Counted from the stretch's first letter, positions 47,747-59,530 are shown. The stretch: DNA of 64,000 bases from an uncultured Gemmatimonadales bacterium (GCA_963707505.1 CAVPQB010000004.1:192001-256000); one strand, 5' to 3'. The notes: generated by a model from the sequence alone, not told the origin. Numbers and translations are program-made.

Positions 47747-47859
47747 GACAGCTGGATGAAGATACCCAATCGGATATCACCCGGTGCTGGGCTGTACCTC
47801 GGCTCGGCATCGGATTGCGCCTTCCAGTGCGGTCGGATAACTTGCACCAATAATCCGTT

Positions 47860-47892
47860 CGCCCGACCCCCCGGCCGGGCGTTCATTTTTTT
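47860..47892 (+). terminator. Intrinsic terminator in the greA leader
   Basis: cgcccgacc cccc ggccgggcg followed by ttcattttttt, about 40 nt upstream of the greA ATG. Confidence 0.65.
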
Positions 47893-47934
47893 GCCTCCCC
47901 CTCTCACATCAGGCATCGTCGCATCGAGGCTCCC

Positions 47935-48399
47935 ATGATCGAAGAGCTCAAGCTCAAGCTCGGCGCAGAGGTCGAGAAGCTGCAGCACGAGTTGAACGTT
48001 GTATTACCGAATGAGATCCGTAAGGCCGTCGAGCTCGGCGACCTGCGTGAGAATTCGGAGTACAAGGCCGCCCTCGAGCGTCAGCAATTCGTTCAGGCGC
48101 GTCTGGGGCAACTGCGTCAGCGTCTGTCCAAGCTGTCGCAGATCGATGTCTCACAGATCGCGCGCGATGCCGTCGGACTCGGCTCCGAAGTCACGGTGCA
48201 GGACGAGAAGAACGGCAAGACCGAGGTTTACAGCCTCGTCTTCGGCGACGGTGACTTCGAGGACGGCCACGTGTCGATGTCATCGCCGATCGGAAAATCT
48301 CTGGTAGGGAAAAAATTGGGAGACACCACGATCCTCCGCCTTCCGACCGCCGTGCGACACCTCAAGGTCACCGGGATCAAGACCATCCACGATATGTAA
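47935..48399 (+). CDS. greA: Transcription elongation factor GreA
   Basis: ELGDLRENSEYKAA and SSPIGKSLVGK motifs. Confidence 0.92.
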   Translation: MIEELKLKLGAEVEKLQHELNVVLPNEIRKAVELGDLRENSEYKAALERQQFVQARLGQLRQRLSKLSQIDVSQIARDAVGLGSEVTVQDEKNGKTEVYSLVFGDGDFEDGHVSMSSPIGKSLVGKKLGDTTILRLPTAVRHLKVTGIKTIHDM

Positions 48400-48507
48400 G
48401 ATCCGTGCGTGCCGCCGATGCTGGCGGCACGGCGCACGACTTGCGCCACGCTCCGGTACAGAAAGGAGCAGATCATTCATATTCGTCATGAGGCCCGTTC
48501 CCGCAGC

Positions 48508-49047
48508 GTGCGACGCACGTGCTCGACCCTGCGCCGGCTTGCGTCGTACGCTGTCGCCGGCACCTTGCTCGGCGCTGCACTCGTAGCATGCGATCGGACG
48601 GGATTGCCAACAAAAGTTTCCGTCCCACCCGACAGCGCAGCCAGTGAAGTCGAGTTCCACCTGGCTCCCCGAGGCTCGGCTATCCTCGTCACTGCATTCA
48701 TCAACGGACACGGACCAATCGACCTGATTCTGGACACGGGCGCCACGCTTACCTGTCTGGATGATTCTCTGACGCACCAGTTGGATCTGCCGGCGCGAAA
48801 GGGTGCAGTGGGCGTGGGCGCCGGTGTGGGGCTTAGCGGGCCCCTTCGGCTCCTGCGTGTCGATTCACTGCGAGTGGGATCGGCCGCGGCGACGAACCTT
48901 ACGGTCTGCTCGCTCGATCTCAGATCGCTGCAGCAGGTGAGCCCCGGCGCTCGCGGCCTGCTCGGCCTCAACTTTCTGAAATCGTTCAGAGTGAACATCG
49001 ACTTCAATCGAAGGGTACTCCAACTCGCCGCGCCCGGACGGTCCTGA
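48508..49047 (+). CDS. Retropepsin-like aspartic protease lipoprotein
   Basis: LVAC lipobox; ILDTGA and GLLGLNFL motifs; start uncertain. Confidence 0.8.
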   Translation: MRRTCSTLRRLASYAVAGTLLGAALVACDRTGLPTKVSVPPDSAASEVEFHLAPRGSAILVTAFINGHGPIDLILDTGATLTCLDDSLTHQLDLPARKGAVGVGAGVGLSGPLRLLRVDSLRVGSAAATNLTVCSLDLRSLQQVSPGARGLLGLNFLKSFRVNIDFNRRVLQLAAPGRS

Positions 49048-49157
49048 TAAGGGCTCGAGCGGCACTCGCATCCGGCATGGCAGCGCTTAGGCTTGCTGCG
49101 ACGTAATTACCGCGTACAGTGCAGGCCGAGGCATATGACTCTCCGTTCAGCGTGACC

Positions 49158-49937
49158 ATGGTACATGTGCGGCTGGCGGGGCTAGGCGCTGGCATCGCCC
49201 TTGTGCTGTTCGGTGGATGCACCCTGCGCAGACTGGAGCACACGGCAACGCGCACGGTGCATGTCCCCGTCGCAGGAGCAACCCTGCTTGTGCTGAATGC
49301 CGGCGCGGGCTATCTGCGGGTTCAGGGAACGGGCTCCGCCACGGGAGTCCTTGTCACCGGTATCGCGCACGCCGCGACCGTCGCGACCCTCAACGCGATC
49401 CAGATAACGAGCCGAAGGGCGGGCGATACGCTCCTCGTCTCGGCCATTCTCCCGCCATCGCGGCACGAGCCTGGAGCCGCCGCGACACTCGATCTCATGA
49501 TTCAACTGCCATCGTCGCTTGCCCTCGACGTGACGGACAGCACGGGCGAGTCCACGTTCCGCAACGTCGGGACGATGCGGTTGACACACGGCGACGGCGG
49601 GCTGGACATAGATACGGTTGGCGGCAAGCTCGACATTACAGATGGGGACGGCGACATGATCGTCGCCAACGTCAATGGCAACGTCCGTATCGTGGATCGC
49701 GGCGGCTCCATTTACTTGAGCAACATCGCCGGCTCCGTCAACATCCCGCAGGACGGGTCCGGAGAGATCCAGCTGTCCAGCGTGGGCGGCGACGTGACTG
49801 TTGGATCAAAGTCGTCCGGGGAGGTCGCAGCGCGCGGGGTCGGCGGCAATCTGGTCGTGCGGGCCAACGGGAACGGGTCGATCGAGTACCGTGACGTGAA
49901 GGGTCACGTAACGATTCCGGCAGCCAGATATCACTAA
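49158..49937 (+). CDS. DUF4097-like beta-strand repeat lipoprotein
   Basis: FGGC lipobox; repeated DGDG/GSG.I..V.G units. Confidence 0.75.
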   Translation: MVHVRLAGLGAGIALVLFGGCTLRRLEHTATRTVHVPVAGATLLVLNAGAGYLRVQGTGSATGVLVTGIAHAATVATLNAIQITSRRAGDTLLVSAILPPSRHEPGAAATLDLMIQLPSSLALDVTDSTGESTFRNVGTMRLTHGDGGLDIDTVGGKLDITDGDGDMIVANVNGNVRIVDRGGSIYLSNIAGSVNIPQDGSGEIQLSSVGGDVTVGSKSSGEVAARGVGGNLVVRANGNGSIEYRDVKGHVTIPAARYH

Positions 49938-50013
49938 TATGATGTCGTCTGCGCGATTGTCGGTTTCTTTTCGCGATTGCAGCATCAGGTGCCGATCCTT
50001 AGCTTGACCGAGC

Positions 50014-50589
50014 ATGAAAAACAGCCACGGCAAGAGCCGTATCACAAATCTTATGAGCGTCGCGGTTCTTGCCGGCGCTTTATTTGTGTCGCCGGCGGGT
50101 GCCCAGGCTGTGACCATCACGCAGCCCAGGGCTGTTCCGGAGCCCAAACCATTCCAGCAGCTGAGCAGCTCGATTCATGCGCTCCGGGATTCGATAGTTG
50201 CCTTGTCGCGCGCGCAGCTCGGGATCAGGTACAAGCGCGGCGCCGAATCGCCGTCCTCGGGTTTCGATTGCAGTGGGCTCGTACAGTACGTGATGGAGCA
50301 TTTCGGGGCCAAGTTGCCGCGGACGTCGCGCGAGCAGGCCCTGGTCGGCAAGAAGATCGAGCGCGACATAGCGTCGCTCAAGCCCGGCGACCTGCTCACC
50401 TTTGGCCACGGCAGGCGTATCTCGCACATCGGCATCTATATAGGTGATGGCCGTTACGTGCACGCGCCAACACCGGGATCCCGAGTGAAGGTCGAAACAT
50501 TGGCAAACACAAAGAGCAACTGGTGGAAGGGCGCAAGGCGCGTATTCGCCTTCGATGATTCGCAGAACCCGGACTCGGTACTGAACTGA
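50014..50589 (+). CDS. NlpC/P60 (C40) peptidase
   Basis: GFDCSGLV, LPRTSREQ, PGDLL.F and SHIGIYIG...HA motifs. Confidence 0.93.
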   Translation: MKNSHGKSRITNLMSVAVLAGALFVSPAGAQAVTITQPRAVPEPKPFQQLSSSIHALRDSIVALSRAQLGIRYKRGAESPSSGFDCSGLVQYVMEHFGAKLPRTSREQALVGKKIERDIASLKPGDLLTFGHGRRISHIGIYIGDGRYVHAPTPGSRVKVETLANTKSNWWKGARRVFAFDDSQNPDSVLN

Positions 50590-50609
50590 GTCGACCCGAC
50601 CCGCGCTGC

Positions 50610-50632
50610 GCCGCCCCATGGGCGGCTTTTTT
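50610..50632 (+). terminator. Rho-independent terminator
   Basis: gccgccc cat gggcggc tttttt. Confidence 0.85.
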
Positions 50633-50786
50633 GTACCCAAAATCCGGGACTTGCAGGCGAATCGCGCAAGGTTGCGCGTCAGTGCGTGTTCACATCGGTA
50701 TTAATAAGGCTGATGACGTTCTGACAGGATCCGGCTACCGGGGCCGCTCGGTAGCACAACGCACGACTGCTGTCTAAGTTCCCGCA

Positions 50787-52083
50787 ATGCCGACCTTTGG
50801 AAACGGGCGCCGCGTCGCGATCGTCGCGGGCGTGCGGACGCCGTTCGCAAAAGCCGGCACTGCGTTCAAGGGACTCTCGGCGATCGAGCTCGGCAAGCTG
50901 TGCGTCGCGGAGCTGCTCCAGCGCACGAATCTGAGCGGCAAGCGAAGTCGAGGCGCTCGTCTTCGGCACCGTCGTTCCGTCCGTGCTCGCGCCGAACATC
51001 GCGCGCGAGGTCTCGCTGATGCCGATGCTGCCAAAGGGCGTGCAGGCGTACAGCGTGAGCCGCGCGTGCGCGTCGGCGAACCAGGCGATCACCGACGCCG
51101 CCGATCAGATCGCGCTCGGTCACCACGACGTGGTGATCGCCGGCGGCGCGGAATCGCTCTCGAACGTTCCGATTCTGCACTCGCGTGGATTCGCAGACGC
51201 GCTCGTCGCGGCGTCGCGCGCCAAATCCATCACCGGCCGCATCGGTGCACTCTCGCGGATCCGGCCCAGAGATCTCGTTCCGATCACGCCGGCGATCGCC
51301 GAGCCGACCACCGGCGAGACGATGGGCCAGAGGGCCGAGAAGATGGCGAAGATCAACGACATCTCGCGCGAGGATCAGGATCAGTTCGCGCTTCGCTCGC
51401 ACCGGCTCGCGGCCGCCGGGACCGCGGATGGACGACTGACGGCCGAGATCATGCCGGTGCTCGTGCCGCCGAAGTTCGAGACCGTCGTGACGACCGACAA
51501 CGGCATTCGTGAGGACACATCTACGAGCAGCTCGCGGCGCTCAAGCCGGTGTTCGACAGGCAATACGGCACGGTGACCGCGGGCAATTCGTCGCCGCTCA
51601 CCGATGGTGGTGCATGCGTCCTGCTCATGAGCGAGGACAAGGCAAAGTCGCTCGGCTACACGCCGCTCGGCTACATCAAATCGTACGCGTACGCCGCGCT
51701 CGATCCCGGCGAGCAGCTCTTGATGGGCCCCGTGCTCGCGGCGCCGGTCGCGCTGCAGCGCGCGGGACTCACGCTCGCGGACATGGATCTCGTCGAGATG
51801 CACGAGGCGTTCGCCGCGCAGGTGCTGTGCAATCTCAAGGGCTTCGAGTCGCGTGGAATGGGCGGAGCGCGCGGGCTTCGAGGAGCCGGTCGGCGAAGTC
51901 GATCGCGCGCGACTCAACGTGATGGGCGGCTCGATCGCGATCGGGCATCCGTTCGGCGCGACAGGTGCGCGCATCACGACGACGCTCCTGAACGAGCTGC
52001 GCCGGCGCGAGCGCAGTTCGGTCTGATGACGGTGTGCGCCGCCGGCGGAATGGGCTTCGCGATGGTGGTGGAGCGGACGATGA
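50787..52083 (+). CDS. fadI: Acetyl-CoA C-acyltransferase (frameshifted in this assembly)
   Basis: [44 protein letters not shown] and CAAGG are spread across frames. Confidence 0.88.
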
Positions 52084-54272
52084 CGGAGCCTCGCATGAAC
52101 ACTCCGGCCGCGAATGGGCGGTCCCAGGCTCCCGTGACGATGGAAGTCGACGACGGCATCGCGATCATCACGTTCGATCTTCCCGGCGAGTCGGTCAACA
52201 AGCTCACGCGCGGTATGCGCGACGCGTTCGTCGCACTGTTCGATCGCCTCGAGCGCGACGACACGGTGAAGGGCGCGTGTTGATCAGCGGCAAGCCCGAT
52301 ACCTGGATCGCCGGCGCCGACATCGAGGAGTTCACGCAACTGCGCGACGCGGCGGACGCCGAGCGCTGAGCCGCGACGGACAGGCACTCGTCGAGCATTC
52401 GAGAAGCCGCGCATTCCATTCGTCGCGGCGATTCACGGCGCGTGTCTCGGCGGCGGACTCGAAGCGTCGCTCGCCTGTCGATAGCGCATCGCGACCGATC
52501 ATCCGAAGACGATTCTCGCACTGCCCGAAGTGCAGCTCGGATTGATTCCCGGCGCGGGCGGAACGCAGCGGCTGCCGCGGCTGATCGGAGCCCGTGCCGC
52601 GCTCGACATGATTCTCACGGGCAAGAACGTGCGCGCGAAGAAGGCGCTCCAGATCGGGCTCGTCGACGAGATGGTGCATCCCGCGATTCTGCGTCGCATC
52701 GCGATCGATCGCGCGCGCAGGGCCTTGGGTGAAGGACGACTCGAGCGCGGCGCGCGCTCCCGCGGCGCATCCGGCTTGCTGCTCGATCGCAATCCGGTCG
52801 GCCGCAGCGTCGTGTTCAGGAAGGCGCGCGAGGAGGCGGAGAAGAAGACGCACGGCAATTACCCCGCGCCGCTCGCCGCGATCGACGCCGTCGACGCTGG
52901 CTTCGAGCAGGGGAATGCCGCTGGTCTGCGCGAGGAGGCGCGACTGTTCGGCGAGATGGCGGTGACCGATGTGTCGCGGCAGCTGATCTTCCTTTTCTTC
53001 GCGACGACGGCGCTCAAGAAGGACAGTGGACTTCCCGCAGGTCACACGGCCGCCGCACTCAACGTCGAGAAGATCGGCATAATCGGCGCGGGATTCATGG
53101 GCGCGGGGATCGCGACCGTCGCGGTGCAGCAGGGAACGCTGGTGCGACTGAAGGATGCCGATCAGGCGCGCGTCGGCGAAGGGATTGCGCGCGGTGCAGC
53201 GACGTGCTGAAGGAACGGCTCACCAGGCGAGCAGATCACGCGGGTCCAGTACCGCGATACATGTCGCTCGTCGGCGGCACGATCGACTATTCCGGCTTCG
53301 CGAACGTCGATCTCGTGATCGAGGCGGTGTTCGAGGATCTCGCGGTCAAGCACCGGTGCTGCGCGAGGTGGAAGCCGTCGTCAAGCCGGACGCGATCTTC
53401 GCGACCAACACGAGCACGATTCCCGTCTCGCGAATCGCGGAGGCGTCGCGACGGCCCGAGCGCGTGCTCGGCATGCACTTCTTCTCGCCCGTGCAACAAG
53501 ATGCCGCTGCTCGAGGTGATCGCGACCGAGCGAACGTCGGACTCGGTGACCGCGACGGCCGTCGCCTACGGCAAGAAGCTGGGCAAGACAGTCATCGTCG
53601 TGAACGACGGCCCGGGCTTCTACGCCAACCGGATTCTGGCGCCGTACATGAACGAGGCCGGCCGGCTGCTCGACGAAGGCGCGATCGATCGAGACGATCG
53701 ACAAGGCGCTCGTCGATTTCGGATTTCCGGTCGGCCCGATCACGCTCATCGATGAGGTCGGACTCGACGTCGCCGGCAAGGTGGGCCAGATCATGTTCGA
53801 CGCGTTCGGCGCACGTCTCTCGCAGCCCGAATCGCTGCGAAGCGTGATCGACGCGGGACGTTACGGACGAAAGTCGAAGAAGGGCTTCTACCTCTACGAC
53901 GAAGCCGGAAAGAAGGGTGAGGTCGACCCGTCGGTGTACGCGCTCTTCTCGGCACCCGGTCGCGCGCGCGCGGTCGATTCCCGAAGATGAGATCCAGCGC
54001 CGCACAGTTCTCGCGATGCTGAACGAGGCGGCGCGCTGTCTCGAGGAAGGAATCATTCGCTCGCCGCGCGACGGCGACGTCGGCGCGGTATTCGGAATCG
54101 GCTTTCCGCCGTTTCGTGGCGGACCATTCCGTTACATGGACAGCGTCGGGATCGAGCACCTCGTGCAACAGCTGGACGATCTGAACGCACGGTTTCCAGG
54201 GACGGTTCGAAGCCGCATCCGATCTGTTGCCAAATGGCGCGCTCCAACGCGCGCTTCTACCTGCAGGACTGA
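52080..54272 (+). CDS. fadJ: Fatty acid oxidation complex alpha subunit (frameshifted in this assembly)
   Basis: [59 protein letters not shown] and [10 protein letters not shown] across frames. Confidence 0.9.
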
Positions 54273-54289
54273 CCAGCCAACACCACTAG

Positions 54290-55935
54290 ATGAGCCATAC
54301 TATCACGTCCGCCGCGCGCGGCGTCGTCGCGGTGAGCATCGCATCGTTCGCCGTAGCGTGCGCAGCGCGAATCGATCCATCCCGCGCTGATCTACCCGAT
54401 GCCTCAGACTCGCGCCGAGGCGACCGACTACACACAAGACGTCCACCTACGGCGATGTGATCTCGTTCCTCAACGGGCTTCGCTCGCGCAACCGCCCGCT
54501 CGCGTATCGGCGCGATCGGCAAGACGACCGAAGGGCGCGACATTCCGTATCGTGATCGCGTCGCGTCCGCTCGTCAGGACGCCAGAGGAAGCGCGAAGCG
54601 TCGGGCCGGCCGATCGTGTACGTCAAGGCGAACATCCACGCGGGCGAGGTGGAGGGCAAGGAAGCACTGCTGGCGCTCGTGCGCGATCTCGCGTCTCAGC
54701 GCGGCCCCAACGTGCTCGACTCGATCGTTCTCATCGCCGTGCCGATCTACAACGCCGACGGCAATGAGAGGTTCGCCGCAGTCGGTCAATCGCACGGAGC
54801 AGAACGGACCGGAGACTGGTTGGACCAGCGCGCCAACGCCCAGGGCCTCGACCTCAATCGCGACTACGTGAAGGCCGAGGCGCCGGAGACGCGCGCGTCG
54901 CTCGCGATGTTCAACACGTGGGATCCGGACGTGTTCGTCGATCTCCACACGACCGACGGCAGCTTTCACGGCTACGCGCTGACTTATTCGCCGTCGCTGA
55001 ATCCGGCATCTCGCGCCGGGTTTGCCGGTGGTTCACGCGCGACACGATCCTTCCCGAGCTGCGCGCGCGCATGCACACCCGCGGCTTCGAGGTGTTCGAC
55101 TACGGCAACTTCGGACGCGAGTACGGGCAGGCGCAACTGACCGACACGGTGAAGGATGGCTGGTACACTTACGAGCACACGCCGCGCTTCGGAACCAACT
55201 ACTACGGAATTCGTGGGCGTATTTCAATTCTGAGCGAGGCGTACTCGCACGATCCGTTCAAGCGCCGCGTGGCTTCGACCTACGCGTTCGTGCAGGAGAT
55301 TCTGTCGGCCGCAGCGAGGCATGCAGCGCAGCTCGAGCAGATCAGATCCACCGCCGACAACGTTCAGGAAGCCGACGTTCCGATTCGCTCCCGACTGACC
55401 ACCAAACCATTCGACGCGCCGATTCCTTTCGAGGTTCTGACGCGGACTGGCGATTCGACGAGGACGCAGGCCGGCGTGCCCAATGGCATACGACGTACCG
55501 GCCGCTTCATCACGCAGGTGATGCCGGTGTACGACCGTTTCGAGCCGACACTGGCGGTGCGTCATCCGGATGCGTATCTGGTCCCGAGATGCGAAGATCG
55601 TGGCGCTACTCAAGCTTCACGGACTCACCGTCGAACCTTTCTCGTCCGCCGGTACGACCAGTCGGCTTTCAGTATTCACCATCGATTCGGTCATCACGGC
55701 GCCGCGAGCGTTCCAGGGACACAACGAAACGCATGTGACTGGCACGTGGAGTACGCCAGCCGCGCGCGACGTTACCGCCGGCGGATACGTGGTCGTATCG
55801 GCAACCGGGCGCTTCGGCCCGCTCGCCGCTTATCTTTTGGAGCCGGAGTCCGATGATGGACTCGTCGACTGGAACTTCTTCGACACGTCGATCGCAACTG
55901 GCAAACCGTTCCCCGTAATCCGCTTATACAAGTAA
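54290..55935 (+). CDS. M14-family zinc carboxypeptidase (frameshifted)
   Basis: [28 protein letters not shown] and SEAYSH motifs. Confidence 0.85.
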
Positions 55936-55936
55936 G

Positions 55937-56869
55937 ATGCTCCGAAACACACTTCTCTATCTCTCCAACCAGCCGCGCGTCTTCAAGTTCGTCCGGACAA
56001 ATCGTCTCGCCAAGCGATTCGCCTCGCGCTTCGTCGCTGGCGAGACGCTCGAGACCGCGGTTGCCGCGGTTCGCGAGCTCAACGGTCGCGGAATCACGCG
56101 TCGCTCGACCTGCTCGGCGAGAGTGTTCACAACGAAGCCGAGGCACGCGCCGCCGGCGCTGAGTACTTGAAGATCCTCGATCGCATCGCGCGCGAGAAGC
56201 TCGATGCGAACGTGTCCGTCAAGCTCACGGCGATGGGGCTCGACATCTCCGAGGAGCTGTGCGTCTCGATCATGCACGACGTACTCGACCGCGCGCGCAA
56301 GTACGGCAGCTTCGTGCGGCTCGACATGGAAGCGAGCGACTACACGCAGAAGACGCTCGAGCTGTTCGAGCATCGCCTCTATCCCGACTTTCGCGGCACG
56401 TCGGTGTCGTGCTGCAGAGCTATCTGTATCGCACGCAGGCCGACGTCGAGCACATGAACGCGCTCGGTGCTCGCGTGCGCATCTGCAAGGGCGCGTACAA
56501 GGAGCCGGCGAGCGTCGCGTTTCCCGAAAAGAACGACGTCGACGCGAATTACGTCAAGTGCATGCAGAGCTGATGCTGCACGGCAACTATCCGGGCATCG
56601 CGACGCACGACGAAGTCGATCATCGAGAAGGCGAAGCGGTTCGCGCGCGAGAACGACATCCGCCCGATCGCTTCGAGTTCCAGATGCTGTACGGCGTTCG
56701 CCGCGATCTGCAGGAGAAGCTCGTTCGCGAGGGGTGGCGAATGCGGTGCTACGTCCCGTTCGGGACGCAGTGGTATCCGTACCTCATGCGCCGGCTCGCC
56801 GAGCGTCCGGCCAACGTCGCGTTCATCACCGGCAACATCATCAAGGAGATGGTGCGCGGCCGACGTTGA
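55937..56869 (+). CDS. Monofunctional proline dehydrogenase (frameshifted)
   Basis: RFVAGE, SVKLT..GL, RLDME, RICKGAY.E, IATHD, FQMLYG and [12 protein letters not shown] motifs. Confidence 0.9.
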
Positions 56870-56886
56870 GCCGCCACTGAGCCCCG

Positions 56887-57264
56887 ATGGGCCGATTTCT
56901 CCCCGCCGACCATGACGCCGGTGATGCCAACACGGTTGGCGGCTACCGTGCGGTACATTCGCGACCGGCCGCATTCGAAGGCAAGGACGGCGCTTCGTAC
57001 AGCGTGGACATCGTCGTGGACGAAGTGCGCGAGCCGGCTGGGCGCTTCGGCGCCTATCTGCTGTTCGTACACTGGCGTCGTGGCGATCCGTCCGCCGCCG
57101 GCCATCTCGAAACCGATTACATCGCCTTCGGCGAGACCGAGGACGCCGCACGCGCCGCGCTCGGTGCAATGCGATTGAGCGACGCGAAGCGCACGCTCGA
57201 TGACCTGATCACACGTGCAGAGACGCCATCGCGGCCGTGGTACGACGTCATGCGAGATTCGTGA
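56887..57264 (+). CDS. Conserved hypothetical protein
   Basis: 125-aa ORF between proline dehydrogenase and rsgA; stop overlaps the rsgA GTG. Confidence 0.7.
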   Translation: MGRFLPADHDAGDANTVGGYRAVHSRPAAFEGKDGASYSVDIVVDEVREPAGRFGAYLLFVHWRRGDPSAAGHLETDYIAFGETEDAARAALGAMRLSDAKRTLDDLITRAETPSRPWYDVMRDS

Positions 57265-58220
57265 CAGGGACACCACGAACCGTGGAGGGACCGTCCCACC
57301 TCGGACGCGTCCTGTCAGGTACCGGCGGCGTGTGGCAGGTGCGCACGACCACCGGCGAGATGCATGACGCGTCGTTGCGCGGCCGTCTCAAGCTGGTGAG
57401 CGATTCAGGTGTCAAGCTGTCGGTCGGCGACAATGTCAGGGTCATCGAAGGCGAGCGTGGCGACGGATGGATGATCACCGAGATTCTTCCGCGTACGTCG
57501 CAGCTCGCTCGACGTGAGCCGGGTGGGCGCGCCGGCGAGCGGGTCGTCGTTGCGAATCTGGATCAGGTAATCGTCGTGTTCGCCGCGGCGAATCCCGAGC
57601 CGCACCCGCGAATGCTCGATCGTTTTCTGGTCATCGCCGAAGCGAACTCGCTCACCGCACGCGTAGTGATCAACAAGACTGACCTGTCAGACGAGGAAGA
57701 GATCCGCGTGCGTTTCGCCGACTATGACGCCGCTGGTTATCCGGTTCACCTCACGAGTGCGATCGCGAGGAGTGGAATCGCAGAGCTGCATGCTGTGTTC
57801 GACGGAAAGACGAGCGCGTTGAGCGGTCCGTCGGGCGTCGGCAAGTCGTCGTTGATGAATTCGCTGTATCCCGGACTCAACTTGCGAGTCGGCGCGATCA
57901 GCGAATCGGTGAACAAGGGACGCCACACGACCGTGGGTGCGGTGATGCATCCGCTTCCGGCTGGTGGCTACGTCGCGGACACTCCCGGACTGCGCGAGGT
58001 CGGAGTGTGGGGTCTCGACCCTGTGGATCTGCCGGACTGTTTCCCTGAATTTCGGCCTTTCATCCACGAATGCCGCTTCGGAAACTGTTCACATCTATCG
58101 GAGCCTGGCTGCGCGGTCATCGCCGCGGTTCAGTCCGGGACGGTGAGCGCAGCCAGATACGATAGCTATTCGAGACTGCGTGTAGAACTCGAGGAGACGG
58201 AAAAGCGCTGGAGTAAGTAG
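57261..58220 (+). CDS. rsgA: Ribosome small subunit-dependent GTPase A
   Basis: VGD.V, NKTD, GPSGVGKSSL, GRHTT, DTPG and CRFGNCSH..EPGC motifs. Confidence 0.95.
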   Translation: MTGTPRTVEGPSHLGRVLSGTGGVWQVRTTTGEMHDASLRGRLKLVSDSGVKLSVGDNVRVIEGERGDGWMITEILPRTSQLARREPGGRAGERVVVANLDQVIVVFAAANPEPHPRMLDRFLVIAEANSLTARVVINKTDLSDEEEIRVRFADYDAAGYPVHLTSAIARSGIAELHAVFDGKTSALSGPSGVGKSSLMNSLYPGLNLRVGAISESVNKGRHTTVGAVMHPLPAGGYVADTPGLREVGVWGLDPVDLPDCFPEFRPFIHECRFGNCSHLSEPGCAVIAAVQSGTVSAARYDSYSRLRVELEETEKRWSK

Positions 58221-58260
58221 CGCTGCAGTATCACCTCGGCGGATGAGTTGGCAGCGCGAA

Positions 58261-58554
58261 TCAATGGCCGTGCCTGCGCGTCTCCCAACCCTTCTTGGCA
58301 GCTCTGCTTCTCTCCGCGTGACTCTCGGAGTGGCCGCCAATGCGGCCGCCCTTGCGCTCCGGCTCACGATTCTCGGACGTTCCGCGGCCTGATCCGCCAG
58401 CCTTTCTCCCACCGTGACTTATCGCGTTTTCCGTCGCCCACGCGCGCCGCTCCGATTCCTTCTCCGGAACACCGCGTGATTCATATCCCTGTTCGATATG
58501 TTCGGCCTGTCTTTTCTGCTTGTCCGTGTATGCAGATTTGTCGCCTCGTGGCAT
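58261..58554 (-). CDS. Small basic stress protein (MPRGDKSAYTDKQKRQAEHIE family)
   Basis: Characteristic N-terminus and ERRAWAT motif; GGAGG RBS. Confidence 0.8.
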   Translation of the reverse strand: MPRGDKSAYTDKQKRQAEHIEQGYESRGVPEKESERRAWATENAISHGGRKAGGSGRGTSENREPERKGGRIGGHSESHAERSRAAKKGWETRRHGH

Positions 58555-58726
58555 CGCGCCCTCCTGTTGGCGTGTAGAAGTGCCGCTCAGCAATCGTGCA
58601 TAACACATGCCCCTGTGTGAGTGTCAACGCCGCTTCGTGTCGTTGAGCGAGAGATGCGGACGACTCGCGGGATGTCGCGGGTATGCGCGAGCTGCAACCG
58701 GTGCCGCGCGAACACGACGAATCCCG

Positions 58727-59125
58727 TCATGACCCGTTCAGTGCGACCGCGGCACGTATGAGCGCCTTGAACGCATCCTCATCTATCTCATCACCCTCAT
58801 GGAAATCGATGGCACGCCTGGTGTTGCCTTCAAGGCTGGAGTTGAACAGCCCGGAAGGGTCCTTGAGCGAAGCACCCCTGGCGAACGTCAGCTTCACGAC
58901 GCTCTTGTACGTCTCGCCGGTGCAGATCATTCCCTCGTGATACCAAACCGGAACCCCTCTCCACTTCCATTCCTCGACCACTTGAGGGTCGGCCTGCTTG
59001 ATGAGCGCGCGGACACGGGAGAGAGTTTTGCCCCTCCAGTCGCCCAGCTCCTCGATCCTCGCGTCGATCAAGCGGGAAGGGGATTCGGCCTTGGACGCAC
59101 TCTTGGTCGTTGAGCTCTTTTTCAT
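58727..59125 (-). CDS. DUF1801 protein
   Basis: DWRG.TL, EEWKWRGVPVW and FNSSLEGNTRRAID motifs. Confidence 0.9.
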   Translation of the reverse strand: MKKSSTTKSASKAESPSRLIDARIEELGDWRGKTLSRVRALIKQADPQVVEEWKWRGVPVWYHEGMICTGETYKSVVKLTFARGASLKDPSGLFNSSLEGNTRRAIDFHEGDEIDEDAFKALIRAAVALNGS

Positions 59126-59137
59126 TTTGTCTGGCTC

Positions 59138-59530
59138 CTAGCCCCAGGTGAGCTTCACGAGCTGGATCAGGTTGCCGCAAGTGTCGTCCAGCACCGCAAT
59201 GATGGAGCCCGTCGTTGAGGTGACCGGCATCGTGAACTTCACACCCTTGGCCACCAATCGATCGTGCTCCGCCTGCACGTCGCTCACCAGGAACTGGGCC
59301 GCTGGTCGGCTCTGGGCGCGAACCGCTTCCTGGTAGGCTTTGCCCGCGGGGTTGGCGTTTGACTCCAGCACCAGCTCCGTGCCCTCCGGGTCTTCTGGTG
59401 AGACAACCGTGAGCCAACGGTAGGTCCCCTGCGAGAAATCTGCTTTCTTCTGGAAGCCGAGCTTGTCCGTGTAGAACTGCAGCGCTTTATCCTGATCGTC
59501 AACGTACAGCGTAGTCCACTTGATGCGCAT
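59138..59530 (-). CDS. VOC/glyoxalase family protein
   Basis: VDDQDKALQFYT..LGF, RWLTV and DTCGNLIQL motifs. Confidence 0.9.
   Translation of the reverse strand: MRIKWTTLYVDDQDKALQFYTDKLGFQKKADFSQGTYRWLTVVSPEDPEGTELVLESNANPAGKAYQEAVRAQSRPAAQFLVSDVQAEHDRLVAKGVKFTMPVTSTTGSIIAVLDDTCGNLIQLVKLTWG

Noticed and set aside
48508..49047. Retropepsin as a retroelement or prophage remnant
   Set aside because: It is a lipoprotein-type bacterial aspartic protease with no mobile-element genes nearby.
50690..50730. GCTGATGAC as a fluoride riboswitch or hammerhead core
   Set aside because: The 5' GGxGATGG..TCxCC element and the hammerhead GAAA are missing, and the downstream gene is unrelated to fluoride.
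50930..56670. fadI, fadJ, M14 peptidase and proline dehydrogenase as pseudogenes
   Set aside because: Four adjacent conserved genes are broken only by small indels with intact catalytic motifs, so an assembly-quality patch is more likely. The same applies near 19960, 22050, 59772, 60210 and 62350.
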